64,000 nucleotides of DNA from NCBI RefSeq assembly GCF_021028975.2, contig NC_059426.1, forward strand, positions 46,004,001 to 46,068,000, given 5' to 3'. The notes under the pieces were generated by a model, which saw only the letters and a program-made list of their open reading frames with translations, was not told where the DNA came from and searched no databases. The position numbers and the translations under genes were made by a program. Shown here piece after piece: positions 1 to 11,399 of this stretch. This DNA comes from Sphaerodactylus townsendi (taxonomy: Eukaryota). Positions within the stretch are counted from its first letter, which is position 1. Each line of letters begins with the position of its first letter.

Positions 1-239
1 CTACCCTTCCATCTAGCAAAGTTTAACTTTGTTTTAGGGAACGGTAGGATACGTACCACTTTCACTTAAATGGCTGGTTTATCATTTGCTTAGGCTGTTA
101 ATTTTCTGCCACTAAAGTATGGTATATTCATATGATTGATGGTGGAGGGTGAAATTTAAACCAATAAACTGAAGAGAAATGAAATTCAACCTGCAAAACA
201 AACTGAGATCCAAAAGTTGAAAGAGTGTGTGTTTTTTTT

Positions 240-1088
240 ATTGTATGGTGCTAGATAACTAAAGTTAAAAACAATTCACATTACAACACAAATTAAGTGT
301 CTACTCAATAGGCACACTTCCAGTGTATAACATTTGGGTTTGTATGTGCATCTAAAATAAATACCCTATATACTCGTGTATAAGTCGACCCGAATATGAG
401 TGGAGGCACCTAATTTTACCACAAAAAACTGGGAAAACTTATTGACTCGAGTATAAGTCTAGGGTGGGAAATGCAGCAGCTACTGGTAAATTTCAAAAAT
501 AAAAATAGATATGGTTGGGTGCTATTTGGGCGTCTCTGCCACTGACCCCCCATCTCACCAATCCCAAGCTCTCTGCCACTGACCTGTCCATCCCGCAGCT
601 TGTCCAGCTCACCCGTCACCCGCCGAGAGCCAGGGGCTGTCTGCCGCCAAGAAGAAGGCAGAGGAAGAGAAAGCAGCTGAAAGGAGGGAAGCAGAGAAGA
701 AGGCAGAGGAGAGCAAAGACGGGAGAGGGGGAACGCCACACAAGAATTAAGTGGGACCCTCACTTGTGTATAAGTTGAAAATGTGCTCAAAATGTGCTGA
801 AAAAGTAGACTTATATGCAAGTATATAAGGTAGTAGCTTTCAATAAAGATACAGTTATTATTGACTGTTTAAGTGTTATACTCTGGAAGGGCACCGATTG
901 AGTAGACACTTAATTCGAGTTTTAACATCTTGTTTTCAATTTTAGTTCTTTGACACTGTGCAATAGAACATATTATTTAAAAAAATTTTCTGTTGCTGCT
1001 GAGAGCATCAGACACTTTGACACTATTGCACACCATCAAAGAACTAAAATTAAAAACAATATATGTTAAAACCCAAATTAAGTGTCTA
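240..1088. repeat. Old foldback repeat: three ~65-90 bp copies in +/-/+ orientation (240-332, 874-966, 1023-1088), split by a Tc2-like insertion
   Basis: Core AATTAAGTGTCTA at 291-303 (+), 903-915 (-) and 1076-1088 (+); similarity extends through AACTAAAR-TTRAAAACAA in all copies and CTTCCAG-GTATAACA in the first two. Confidence 0.7.
364..830. mobile_element. Non-autonomous Tc1/mariner-superfamily (Tc2/pogo-like) DNA transposon
   Basis: Degenerate TIRs CCCTATATACTCGTGTATAAGTC / GACTTATATGCAAGTATATAAGG; TA flanks at 362-363 and 831-832; subterminal repeat GACTCGAGTATAAG. Confidence 0.8.
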
Positions 1089-2790
1089 TTTTAGTGTTCC
1101 AAATGTATTGTCGGATGACTGAGAGTTTTTGTAAAACTAACAGGCAGACTTTGGGATGCCTCTCAACTGAATTGCAGGAAAGATCTCTGGGGAGTGACAG
1201 ATGTTCTTTTTCTTAACTCAGGGTCTCTTCCTTTGCCGTTACCTTGCTGAGAAGATTTGCCTTCCAATTCCAATTTAATTAGCTAGTATGTGAAGTCTTG
1301 TAAATGCCTTTCTGCTTTCCCAAGCAGGGAGATTCCCTGAGAAATGGGCTTCAGCCTCCGAGCAAGGCCTGCAACACTGAATGCCCAGATTAGAGGCAGG
1401 CTTTGTTGTGTTCATGCAGGGGCACCTCAGCTGCAGTTTATCCTACTATTGCTAATGTTGCTCGGAGTGATGGAGGTGGTTTATAGATCTCACATATGGG
1501 GTCCCTTCCCTAAGGAAGAGGAATACTAGCTGCTACTCAGGTGGTCTATGGAAGGGTAAGAGCAGAGATGCAGTTGTGTTTCTGCCTAATGCATGGTGAC
1601 TCTGGGGTCTTTGGAGCAAGATATTAAAATACAGTTGGAAGCAGAGCTGTTTACCTTCCCCTTGTGCATCAGGGGAGATGTACAGGTGGAACCCTGAATT
1701 GGTAGGCTGGTAGCATCTGAGTCCCAGCAGAGTATGTATGCATCTGGAGCTACACGAATCACACATTTTTTGCTGCAAAACTGTTGATGCTTCCAGCAAC
1801 TGCTCAGCCCTGAGCACCGAACATGGCACTAAAATGTCTAACGTCTCCCCCCCTTTAAAACATCCTTTGTTTTTGCTCTTACATTTAAATTTCAGCATCT
1901 TGAATTATTTAGCTGCACACAGCGAGAAAGCAAATATCGGTTTTTCTATCATGTACTGAATTGAACTCTTAGATCAGAATATTGTTCTTGAAAAATGAAA
2001 AAAAAAGTTTCCCATTCCCGTTTATGGTGTCTCACTGCTCTTACTTTGGTATTGTCCAGCAACTAAGAAGAGGTTCTTGCTGGCTAATAGTTAAATGCAT
2101 CACAGTCCTCCTTTTCAAACAGGCATTATTGGGCTGTGGAACACAAAGGAGAACATGGGGGAGTATTTTAAACTAGGATGGTAGGGGGGACAGATTCTTG
2201 ACACACACCCTTGTATTGTTTTGCAACTGTGAAATCTGCAGGCTCAAACACAGGATATCATTCCAAGTCTGGCAGAGCAGTAATAACAGTGTGTGTGCTG
2301 TTACGTGATGATTCTAACTCTCTTGGGGACTGCTCACTAGGGAGTCCTGCACTTTGGCTGCCATAAAGTCTCTTCAAAAGGCAGCCTCGAGGATGGACAA
2401 ATATGAGAGCCTCTTTGGATCCAGAGTGTTCGAGGCTGTATGCCTTGTGACCATGTCACCCCATAGTAGCCACGGGAAAAGCCGAGCTCCTGCTGACGTC
2501 CAGTAGTACCATGCCATTCCAACTGAGTTGGGTGCATGCTTTGCCAGGGGCTAAGCATAGCCAGGATTTGGCTCTTGGCAGGCCACCGCTCGATAACATT
2601 GGATCGTTATTGAGCCAAAAACTGCAAGTAGGATGATTTCATGCTGTGGAGTCATGGGCATCCAGCATGGACTGAAGCAGACTGAAATATTCACAGGCTA
2701 GCACTGAATTCTGGTAGCCCCAGTTTCAATTTCAGTTTGTGCTTGTGGAAGTTTAACTCTTGAAGTGTTCAGTCTTCTGGCGTAGCCTAA

Positions 2791-2992
2791 TTGTATTGTT
2801 GTAGCCTGTAGTACAGGGAGTTGCTAGCACCTTTCTCTCCTGATGCCGCCTCAGCATCTGTTGCTGGCATCTGCAGAGGATCTTCAGAGATGCCAGCCAG
2901 AGATGCAGGTGAAACGTCAGGATAGAATGCTGCTAGAACACGGCCATACAGGCTAGAAACCACACAGCACCCCAGTGATTCCGGCCATGAAA
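2791..2992. mobile_element. Penelope-like element 3' terminus (pLTR), head-to-head inverted pair, with degenerate minimal hammerhead motif
   Basis: Plus arm AGATGCCAGCCAGAGATGCAGGTGAAACGTCAGG...CACGGCCATACAGGCTAG resembles the recalled squamate Penelope terminus; 2801-2880 is its diverged reverse complement. Confidence 0.7.
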
Positions 2993-3504
2993 TATCTGTC
3001 CTCTGATTACTATCTTTCCTGGAATGCTCTGGGTGACAGAGGGAACTACAGAAAGGAGATTGGAGGATGAGGGGAAAGCAACACAGGGAGCTATTGCACA
3101 AGGCTTCTCTTTTGATTTGTGTATGCTGAACTTAGTGTTACCACTTTAGAGTTCTCCTGGCTTAACTGCCCCCAAGTGGCTTGCCTTCTTATACCTATTT
3201 CTTGACAACTCCTCATTTCTAAGAGCTTTTTTTCTTGCTAGAGTAAATACTAACCTTTCTATGGTTATGAAAGGTAGATACATAAACTTACTATGCTTGG
3301 AAAGGGCCTGCCCAAGTTCTTCTGGTTCTATTCAGGTGCTCCTGGAATATTGGTTTTTCTAGGAGGATCTGAGATCAAGTTATATTTTTCATCTTCTAAC
3401 AGATTGGCACATCTCTGCGTCTGAGTTAATACCCTATTTATTATGTGAAAGTGATCCTTAGGGTACATGGCCCGTGGCAAAACTTATCTCAGTCCTTATA
3501 TTCT

Positions 3505-4232
3505 TTCTTTATTTGTTTGTTTGTTTGTTTGATTTTAAACCGCCCATCCCCAAAGGGCTCTGGGCGGTGTACAGCAGGCCAGCAACAACATTACACACAG
3601 GAGGCCAAGAACAACATTATACACAATAAATAAGTTAAGTTAAATTAAAAACAATTTACAGAATCTATAAAACCATAAAAACATAGCAGCAACAGTACTG
3701 TGTGGTGCCCGATCCCAAGGCCGGGAGGGGACAGTAGTGCTAATTAGATGTTATATTGGGCATGCCAGTGATGGAGTAGCAGGCAACACAGGGGCATCCT
3801 GGAGGGGGAATCCATGGCTGGCCTCAACAAAGGCATGGTGGAACAAAACTGTTTTACAGGCCCTGCGGAATTCACCAAGATCCTGCAGGGCCCACACCTC
3901 TGATGGAAGAGTTATGGCCTCTACCCGGCCGTAAAAGCCCTGGCCGGGTAGAGGCCAGCCGCATCATGGAGGAGTCAAGGACCACCAGCAAATTGGCCTC
4001 TGCCGATCGCAGAGGCCTACACGGGACATATGGGGTGAGATGGTCACAAAGGTATGAGGGTCCCAAGCCACGAAGGGCCTTAAAGGTTAGCACCAACACC
4101 TTGAAGGTGTCCTGGAATTCCACTGGAAGCCAGTGTAGGTGGCGCAGCACGGGGGTGATATGCTCTCTGAATGAACCACCCACCAGCAGCTGTGCCGCCG
4201 CATTCTGGACCAGTTTCAGTTTCTGGATCAGT
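3505..4232 (-). mobile_element. L2-clade LINE, 5'-truncated 3' end
   Basis: ORF 3872-4183(-) reads HITPVLRHLHWLPV...FKVLVLTFKALRGLGPSYL, typical of the L2 ORF2 C-terminus; (TTTG/TTTA)n tail near 3505-3530. Confidence 0.9.
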
Positions 4233-4299
4233 TAAACAATAGATTTAGAATTATGCTGCTCAAGATTTATGAATTAAGGTGCTTCTAAGGGAGAAAGAA

Positions 4300-4622
4300 A
4301 AGGAATTGCAACTGATCTCCATAGACTACAGAGATTCATTTCCCTGAAAAAAAAACACAAAGAAGTTTTGGAGGGCAGGATAATATCTCCACTGAGCTCC
4401 CCCTCCTTCCCCTAAACCAGTGGTGGCGAATCCTTGTCTTGGCTCTACTCCAGGGATTATTACCAGCCCGAGTCTCCGCCAGCATGGTCAATTGGCCATG
4501 CTGGCAGGGGTTGATGGGAATTGTAGTCCATAACATCTGGAGGGCCAAAGGTTCGCCACCACGGCCCTAAACTCTACTTCCAATTCTTCAGGAATTTCCC
4601 AAGCCAGAACTGTCAACCCTGG
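4300..4622. mobile_element. hAT MITE of the TAGGGTTGCCA family (partial), host of the 4418-4564 insertion
   Basis: GGAATTGCAACTGATCTCC...CAGGAATTTCCCAAGCCAGAACTGTCAACCCT matches copies at 23707 and 56591. Confidence 0.7.
4418..4564. mobile_element. Palindromic hAT MITE
   Basis: TIR CAGTGGTGGCGAA / TTCGCCACCACGG; perfect 8-bp TSD CCCTAAAC at 4410-4417 and 4565-4572. Confidence 0.9.
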
Positions 4623-4725
4623 CTAAAGCTGTGGTATGATTCAGACCGCAGTATGGTGCCAGCAGTTTGAACCAAAAACTGACTTATTCTAGCTTACTCT
4701 CTGTGCATCCTCTGGTATTTTGGTT

Positions 4726-4863
4726 CAGGGCTGTCCAAACTATAGTCCTCCAGATGTTCATGGACTATGATTCCCATCAGCCCCTGCCAACACGACCGAT
4801 TGGCAGAGTTGATGGAAATCATAGTCCATGAACATCTGGAGGACCATAATTTGGAGACCCTTG
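4726..4863. mobile_element. Palindromic hAT MITE (same internal arm, different TIR)
   Basis: CAGGGCTGTCCAAAC ... TTTGGAGACCCTTG; internal CTCCAGATGTTCATGGACTA arm and its reverse complement. Confidence 0.85.
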
Positions 4864-5085
4864 GTCTAGTTGCTTGTCTGGTCACCGCAGCCCTGCCTCT
4901 GCTCATGGCCATAGGTTGATACTGGAGCTTAAGGAACCAAGAGCCTTCCACCTGATTCTATACATTTCCTAAATCTAGCCTGGCTTCTTGCACTCAGGTA
5001 CAGACTGGGATGTTCTTTCAATGGACCCACATCTTTGACCAGTTTTCTTGGCAGCTGGATTACTGGGCTGTATATCCCTCTAACG

Positions 5086-5146
5086 CAGGGGTGGGGAACC
5101 TGCGGCTCTCCAGATGTTCAGGAACTACAATTCCCATCAGCCCCTG
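5086..5146. mobile_element. Half-length hAT MITE retaining both TSDs
   Basis: Left arm of the 57491 MITE only, ending at internal CCCCTG; flanked by CTCTAACG / CTCTAACA. Confidence 0.85.
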
Positions 5147-6384
5147 CTCTAACAGAAGAGTGACACAGCATTCAGTGAATCATGAGTTCAACTTGCATTT
5201 GTATGACAAACTAATATGGACTAAAACTTGACCCATTACAAAGGACAGGTCTGTGATCTCCATCACTTCTTCATATTTCTGTAGCTACCCTGAGGTAAAA
5301 GGTACGTGCTTCACAAGGCTCTGAGAATCTCTGCAACGAAATGTGCAAATTTTGGAGGGAAACAGAATTCATATCTATTATTGAAGAAAAAAATATAAGA
5401 GTTGCCACTTCACATGTGCCAACTCCACAAAGAGCAAGAGGGGAAATCAGCAAAATTCCCTCACTAACACCTTGTTTGGGTCTGAGCATTTTTCTAGAAA
5501 TGCTGCAAGAACTTTCTACAGAGGGCTTGAGGAATTAAAATGAAGAAAATTCCTCCGGACTGGGTAGCCATTCTTATCGTTTTCTAAGCATCTTTCTTGA
5601 GAATTTATATTTACATCTCTGCTCTATAACCTACCCTGAGATTCCATGACATATTGCTACAATAAATGAAAATAGAAAGATGAGTGATAAGTAGGACCTG
5701 GTAGACTTCAATGAGCAGAATAGCAAAGACACCAGCGGGGGGCGGGGGGGCACACAGGAGGAGCTCAGCAATGCCAGCACTGGTCAGGTGTGTGGCTCTG
5801 GCCATCACATAAAGTCAAGAGATTTCCTGTGTGAAGTAAGGCAAGAGCTTGAAACAAATGCAGGAGGTCACTGTGTCTAGGAGCTTTTCTAGGGCTACAA
5901 ATGGACACTGCAGGGAACAGAGGAAGAGCCAAGCTTCAGATTGCACAGTGACCTGAAAGGCATAATTTCATTTTGGGGTCAGTGCTGATTAGAATTTGCT
6001 GCCTGTTCATCTTCAGGGGGTAAATTTGTTGTTTTGGGTATAATGTAAAGAGATTTCTATAACAACTCACCAGTTTCTATAACAACTCACCAGGTTTGTC
6101 TTGAGAGAAGGTTCTTGAAAAAAGAAACACAGCCCAGCTTTATGCATATGTACAAAGTATACTCTAGTAACATTTGTGGGGCTTATTGCAAGTGGAGTGT
6201 GAACTGGATTGCAGTGTTAACTCCCTCACGCACATGCACACACAAACACACACACTGTTCTCTCAGAAATGGGCATGATCTGATTAATGTTTCCCCAAGA
6301 TTTGGGGGTGGTGTTTTGCTTCAAGTAGCAGTACAGGTGTGGTATCTCGATCCTCTCCTTGCAGGCTTTGCCCGCCTCGTGTAA

Positions 6385-6590
6385 ATTGAATACAGAAGCT
6401 GCCTTCCACTGAGTGAGGCCTGGGTCTCTCAGGGTCAGTATTGTTTAAGTCAACTGGCACCAATCCTCCAGTGTCTCAGGGTCTTTCACATCATCGTCTA
6501 CTTATATATTTTAACAGGAGATGCCAGGGAGTGAATCTGGGGGCTTTTAATTTTAAAAAAGGCAGATGTACCACTGAGGCACAGCTCTCC
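6385..6590 (-). mobile_element. Degenerate tRNA-derived SINE (Squam2-like)
   Basis: Reverse strand has a GCCTCAGTGG head and AAGGCAGCTTC tail shared with 24266 and 31968. Confidence 0.6.
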
Positions 6591-6974
6591 CGCAAAGTAC
6601 CCCTTCCTTGCAAGCTGTTTTTTTTTTAACCACGCAGAAGAAAAGTATGGATGCAATTTGCATTGGATGCACAACAGGCTAGGTGAAGGTCCTTAACCTT
6701 TCTTTGTTGGATTTTCCAGGCAGTCCTGTTGGAGCCCTTGCCAATTTGGCTCATGTTTTGTTTGCCAGGTACAAGCAAGAAACTGATCATTCATTGGGCT
6801 GCTTAGATGCATCTGAACAAATTAGTATGACTATAGTGCTTTTCTCGTATGATTTCCCAGCTGCTCTTCATATCTTTTCTCGTGGTTTGAACTTTTCTTC
6901 ATACTTGAGACTAAAGGAACCCCAAACAATTTTCCCCCAATTCTCCTTTTCCTAAATCTGTCTTGTCTTTGTTC

Positions 6975-7368
6975 CAGAGGTGGGATCCAGCAGGTTCTCA
7001 CAGGTTCCCGAGAGTAGGTTACTAATTATTTGTGTGTGCCGAGAGGGGGTTACTAATTGGTGATTTTGCCATGTGATTTTTGCCTTAGTTACGCCCCTCC
7101 TCTGCTCCTCAGCAGTAGCGCGCAGAACTTGAAGCAGTCTAGCAGGTGCACTGCGTGCATGGCAGCCTGCGCCTGCGTGCATTCATTTCCCGCCCAAGGA
7201 CCGGCGCAGCAGCTGCATCCTTGCCACAGCCCCATCCAGGAATACCACGCCCCCAGAATGCCTGGCCACGCCCCCATCGTGCCCAGCCCAGTCCCCTTGG
7301 CGCTATGCCACTGTTTGAATCCCACCACCATGGGGACCTGTTACTAAAATTTTTGGATCCCACCACTG
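6975..7368. mobile_element. Non-autonomous hAT element, relatively young (CpGs retained)
   Basis: TIR CAGAGGTGGGATCCA / TGGATCCCACCACTG; perfect 8-bp TSD CTTTGTTC. Confidence 0.92.
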
Positions 7369-7799
7369 CTTTGTTCCCATTCTTCAGCATTCCCTTCAAA
7401 AACCTTGTAATTATGTACAGGTACAATCTAGCCTTTCCATTTTATATGAATACACTTGACATGGCTTGGGTGTACACCTAGAAACAAAACGTGTTGAGTG
7501 CTCTGCCCTGTGGTCTTCAGTGCCTAACACATCATTTGGAAATTGTTTCTTAACAAAATAAAGTTGTGTTTTAGTATTCTTCTCTAGAATTTATTTTTCC
7601 CTAATTAGACTTACTGATTTCCACATCTTCATATGAAAATCTAAGCATTGGGGAAGTGTTTCTTGTTAAAGTGTTCAGAAAACCTGCTCTCAACCCCTTA
7701 AGATTTATGCTGTGATTGCTGACACATTGCACATAGCTCAATTCTTTAGAAAAACTATTTTTTTAAAAAAAACCTTTTGCGTAGTGTTGGTGGATTGTA

Positions 7800-8330
7800 G
7801 CTATGAAAAGACCTGTCTAGCGTGCAATAGAATGAACAGTCCTGGCAGCAGGCGTATGCAATATGATCCCATTGTAATACTGTTTGATGCAGGAGTATGT
7901 TTGATCAGTTACCAGTGATGAATATCATATCACATCAAACAATATGATACAGTCTCATTGTATGGAATTATGGCTGCTGTCAATCAGGCAGTGTTCTGTT
8001 CCTTTAAGTGCCATCTTTGGGGAATGGAATAAAATGATAGCTACAAATACATTAATAAATAAGCTGTTGCATGAATTCCGTAAAGACCTGTTGAGATTTT
8101 GTTGTCCTTTTCTTTCCGTGTTTTTCCCTTCCTTATTTTAAAAATGCCCATTCAAAATGGGCAACAGCCCATGAGGTTTGTATGACTGATAAGGGAGAAG
8201 ACCTTTCCATCTTAATTTCAAGAGCCAGCCATATGTCACGCTAATAGATAACCTTGTTATAATATTTTTTTATTTTGAGCAACAGTCAATATAAATCCAT
8301 TTACGTTGTTTATGATATAGATTCTCAGCA
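7800..8330. promoter_or_regulatory. Candidate conserved developmental enhancer
   Basis: Repeat-free block; exact PBX-MEIS/PREP decamer TGATTGACAG on minus (7977-7986), SOX-type CATTGT/AACAAT and TCF-like TTTGAT sites; motif inference only. Confidence 0.35.
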
Positions 8331-8647
8331 TTGTGTTTGCTGTTGGAAATAAATTAGGAAATATATTAATATATACTTGTGAGGGACCTGCAAGGATTTG
8401 CAGGGGTCATTTCATTCCCCACCCCCTCTGTTATTTCCTAATTCTCTTCCTCTCTCCCCTAGCCTCTTTTCCTTTCCTGCTTCCTTCTTTCCTTTCACCC
8501 ATCAGCCAATCTACCTTTATTGCCCCCCTCCCACCTTCAGTTTGCTTTCCTTGCTTCCCCCCAGCAGCCTCTACCCAGGAAAACTATGGCCCAGTTTTGT
8601 GCTGGGCTGGGATGCCAGTAGAGAACCCCAAAGTACATGGGGGTACC

Positions 8648-8783
8648 CAGTAGTGGGATTCAAATAATTTAAAAATCGGTTCCAGTGGTGGGATTCAAAT
8701 AATTTAACAACTGGTTGTTTACAAGCACCATTTTAACAACCAGTTCTGCCGAAGTGGTGCGAACCTGCTGAATCCCACCACTG
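8648..8783. mobile_element. hAT MITE with tandemly duplicated left end
   Basis: TIR CAGTAGTGGGATTCA / TGAATCCCACCACTG; perfect TSD GGGGTACC; second copy at 37705. Confidence 0.92.
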
Positions 8784-9274
8784 GGGGTACCTCTCCAGAT
8801 TTAAGTATCCACAGATGGGGACATTTTGAGACTGAGATATTTTGATGATAGCTAGTCGTCTGGCTTACAATATAAGAGTTCAAACAGAAACACATGAATA
8901 CAGTGGTGACCTTACTATGGAAGGGCACTCTTAAAATGTATTTTTTCTGATTTGTAGACGAAACCAGGATTAGCCAGCAGTGTTCCTTGTGTCCTCCGTG
9001 AAGTTGCTCCTCCCATCCTGCTCAGAACAATTTTTAAAATTCAATGATTACCAGGGGGGTGGGGTTGGAAAAAGCTATTATTTCCCCTCCCACACTTAAG
9101 CAAATAGCCAGTCTGGAGCATGATAATAGCACTAAACTGGAAGCTGCTTATATATCATTATAGGAATGGGTGTGGGGACCAAACCTCACCCCACAAGAAG
9201 AAGAAAAATCCTTCACACATGCTTCTCTTGGAAAGTATGCCTCTACACAATCTGAAACAAAGGGCCTATTCTAA

Positions 9275-9733
9275 CAGCTCTTTCACCCATGCTGAATAAT
9301 GTACTTTCAAGCACTTTGCAGGTGGATTTTACTCTGTGAAGTGGCAAAATCCACTTGCAAACAGCCATTAAAGTGCATTTGATGTGCATTGTGGAGCAGC
9401 AGTAGCGTAGGAGGTTAAGAGCTCGTGTATCTAATCTGGAGGAACCGGGTTTGATTCCCAGCTCTGCCGCCTGAGCTGTGGAGGCTTCTCTGGGGAATTC
9501 AGATTAGCCTGTACACTCCCACACACGCCAGCTGGGTGACCTTGGGCTAGTCACAGCTCTACGGAGCTCTCTCAACCCCACCTACCTCACAGGGTGTTTG
9601 TTGTGAGAGGGGAACGGCAAGGAGATTGTAAGCCCCTTTGAGTCTCCTACAGGAGAGAAAGGGGGGATATAAATCCAAACTCTTCTTCTTCTTCTTCATT
9701 AGAAGTGTGTTATTTAGTATGTTGTAAGTGCCC
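9275..9733. mobile_element. Old PIF/Harbinger-like MITE interrupted by a SINE
   Basis: TAA on both flanks; GAATAATGTACTTTCAA arm resembles the 28960 MITE; SINE inserted at 9391. Confidence 0.6.
9391..9696 (+). mobile_element. Full-length tRNA-derived CORE SINE (Squam3-like)
   Basis: A-box-like TAGCGTAGGAGG, B-box-like GGTTTGATTCC, CORE GCTGGGTGACCTTGGGCTAGTCAC...CCTACCTCACAGGGTG, (CTT)n tail; possible CATT duplication. Confidence 0.9.
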
Positions 9734-11399
9734 TAAGTTTTGTGCGCCCTGCCCCTACTGAGCATGCTACCTTTTGAATGTTCTCATCCTGCTTCACCCA
9801 CTTCTCCATCTCCACACATACACTGTTGGCTTAAATATGCTTGCTATAGCATGTCTCAGACTAAAAACATATCCCAGAAGCCACTGAGATATTGTATGGG
9901 CTTTTGTGGACAGCTCTCATTGGCTGTAAATGTGTGTATGAGAGTGTGACAGAGACAGAACCATAGTTCACTTTCTCCTCTTAGAGTGTATCCCATCAGG
10001 AAAATACAAAGTCATCTTGGGAATCCCTGAGAGACTTCTGCGGACTCCCATTTCCTGGTGGGAACAGATGGATCAAGTATCTGTAGGTAGGAAATGGACC
10101 TTTTGTGAGGCTGTGAATCCAGCAAATGTTTGATGATTGGTAGTGACCCTACTAAAACATATAGTAAGAAGAAAATTATACTGTTGTTGGAAAATCTCTT
10201 TCCTTGGTTAAAAGTCCTTTCCTCTTGAGATCCTTATACCTGCAACGGCTTAAGGAATATTTACCTAAGTGTTTATTCCTGCTTGAATAATTACACTCAG
10301 CCTAATTTAATAGTTTTATCTGGATGTTTGTGTTAATCCTTTTGCATTTTGCACTATTAGATGATGTTGCTGTTAAATGTTGGTTGCTTTTAGGAGAAAG
10401 CAGAGGCAATTCGCTTTGGAGATACAAATAAGGCTTTAATGATCCCTGATTTGTAAAGCTGTTGTACTCATAGCAATTCCAAGACCAGCATTGTTAGGAG
10501 GTGAACTGGGAAAGAAATAAAAGTGAATTTGTGCTTCCATTAAGATTGCTTTCAGACATCAAAGTAGCAATAAATCAGACTATGGTTTTCAAGGGAGATC
10601 ACATGTTATCTGGTAAAATAGCATAGTGATATCTTTTACATCTGCTGATGATTGTTTGGCATCAAGGATATATACAGGTTGTCTCAAAAATGGAAAACAG
10701 AAAAAAAACCTTGTGTTATGGGTGTGTGTGTGTGGGGGGGTATTATGGAGTACTGTGATCTGAAGATGTTTGATGTAGGCACAAAGTTTCTTTGCTGGTC
10801 CTCAGACAAGAAAGACAGGAGTACCCTAAATGTGGATGCTTCTGAGGGACTCTGTGTTGGTTATTTCAGGTTATCAGCACTGAAGTCTTACTTTATTTAA
10901 AGATTAAGTCCATGGCTCATGCCCTTATAGAGCCAATTGTGAAACTAAATCATCGCAAATATGTGAGATGAACGGGCAGAAAAAGAATTTTGTGCAACAT
11001 TAAATACTGCAAACCTACTATATTAGCAGAGGATTATTATGTTAGCATATATTATTTCTGGGGTCAGCACACCTTCTTGGAGTTCAGCCTGGGAGCAAAA
11101 GGAAGATTTGCTGTAGGGAGAGAGACTTGGCAGAAATCCCACTCCCTTTCAGTGACATAAGCGTCCCTCTGCCATTGTGTAGGTGTTTCCTTAATTCATG
11201 TATCTCTAATACCAACCAAGAATGTATTTTTTTAATCTGCCACCTGTGAATGTATATCTTGTGGGTATAGTGTGGACCTCACAGTGAACTCACTTGGAAA
11301 TGTGCTTGGGGTATTGGTATAATTATGCATGGGACAGAGACAGAGTGCTTTTTCCTCCTCTCCTGCAATACTTGAACTCAGGTATACTGAATGAAATTA

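Noticed and set aside
515-778. Arg/Lys-rich protamine-like ORF
   Set aside because: Arises from a purine-rich tract inside the Tc2-like element and starts at a non-ATG codon
6054-6093. 20-bp direct duplication (similar 22-bp one at ~54314-54357)
   Set aside because: Ordinary slippage duplications with no further structure
6975-7368. CpG-island promoter (also 27954 and 52850)
   Set aside because: CpG richness is confined within TIR-bounded young transposons
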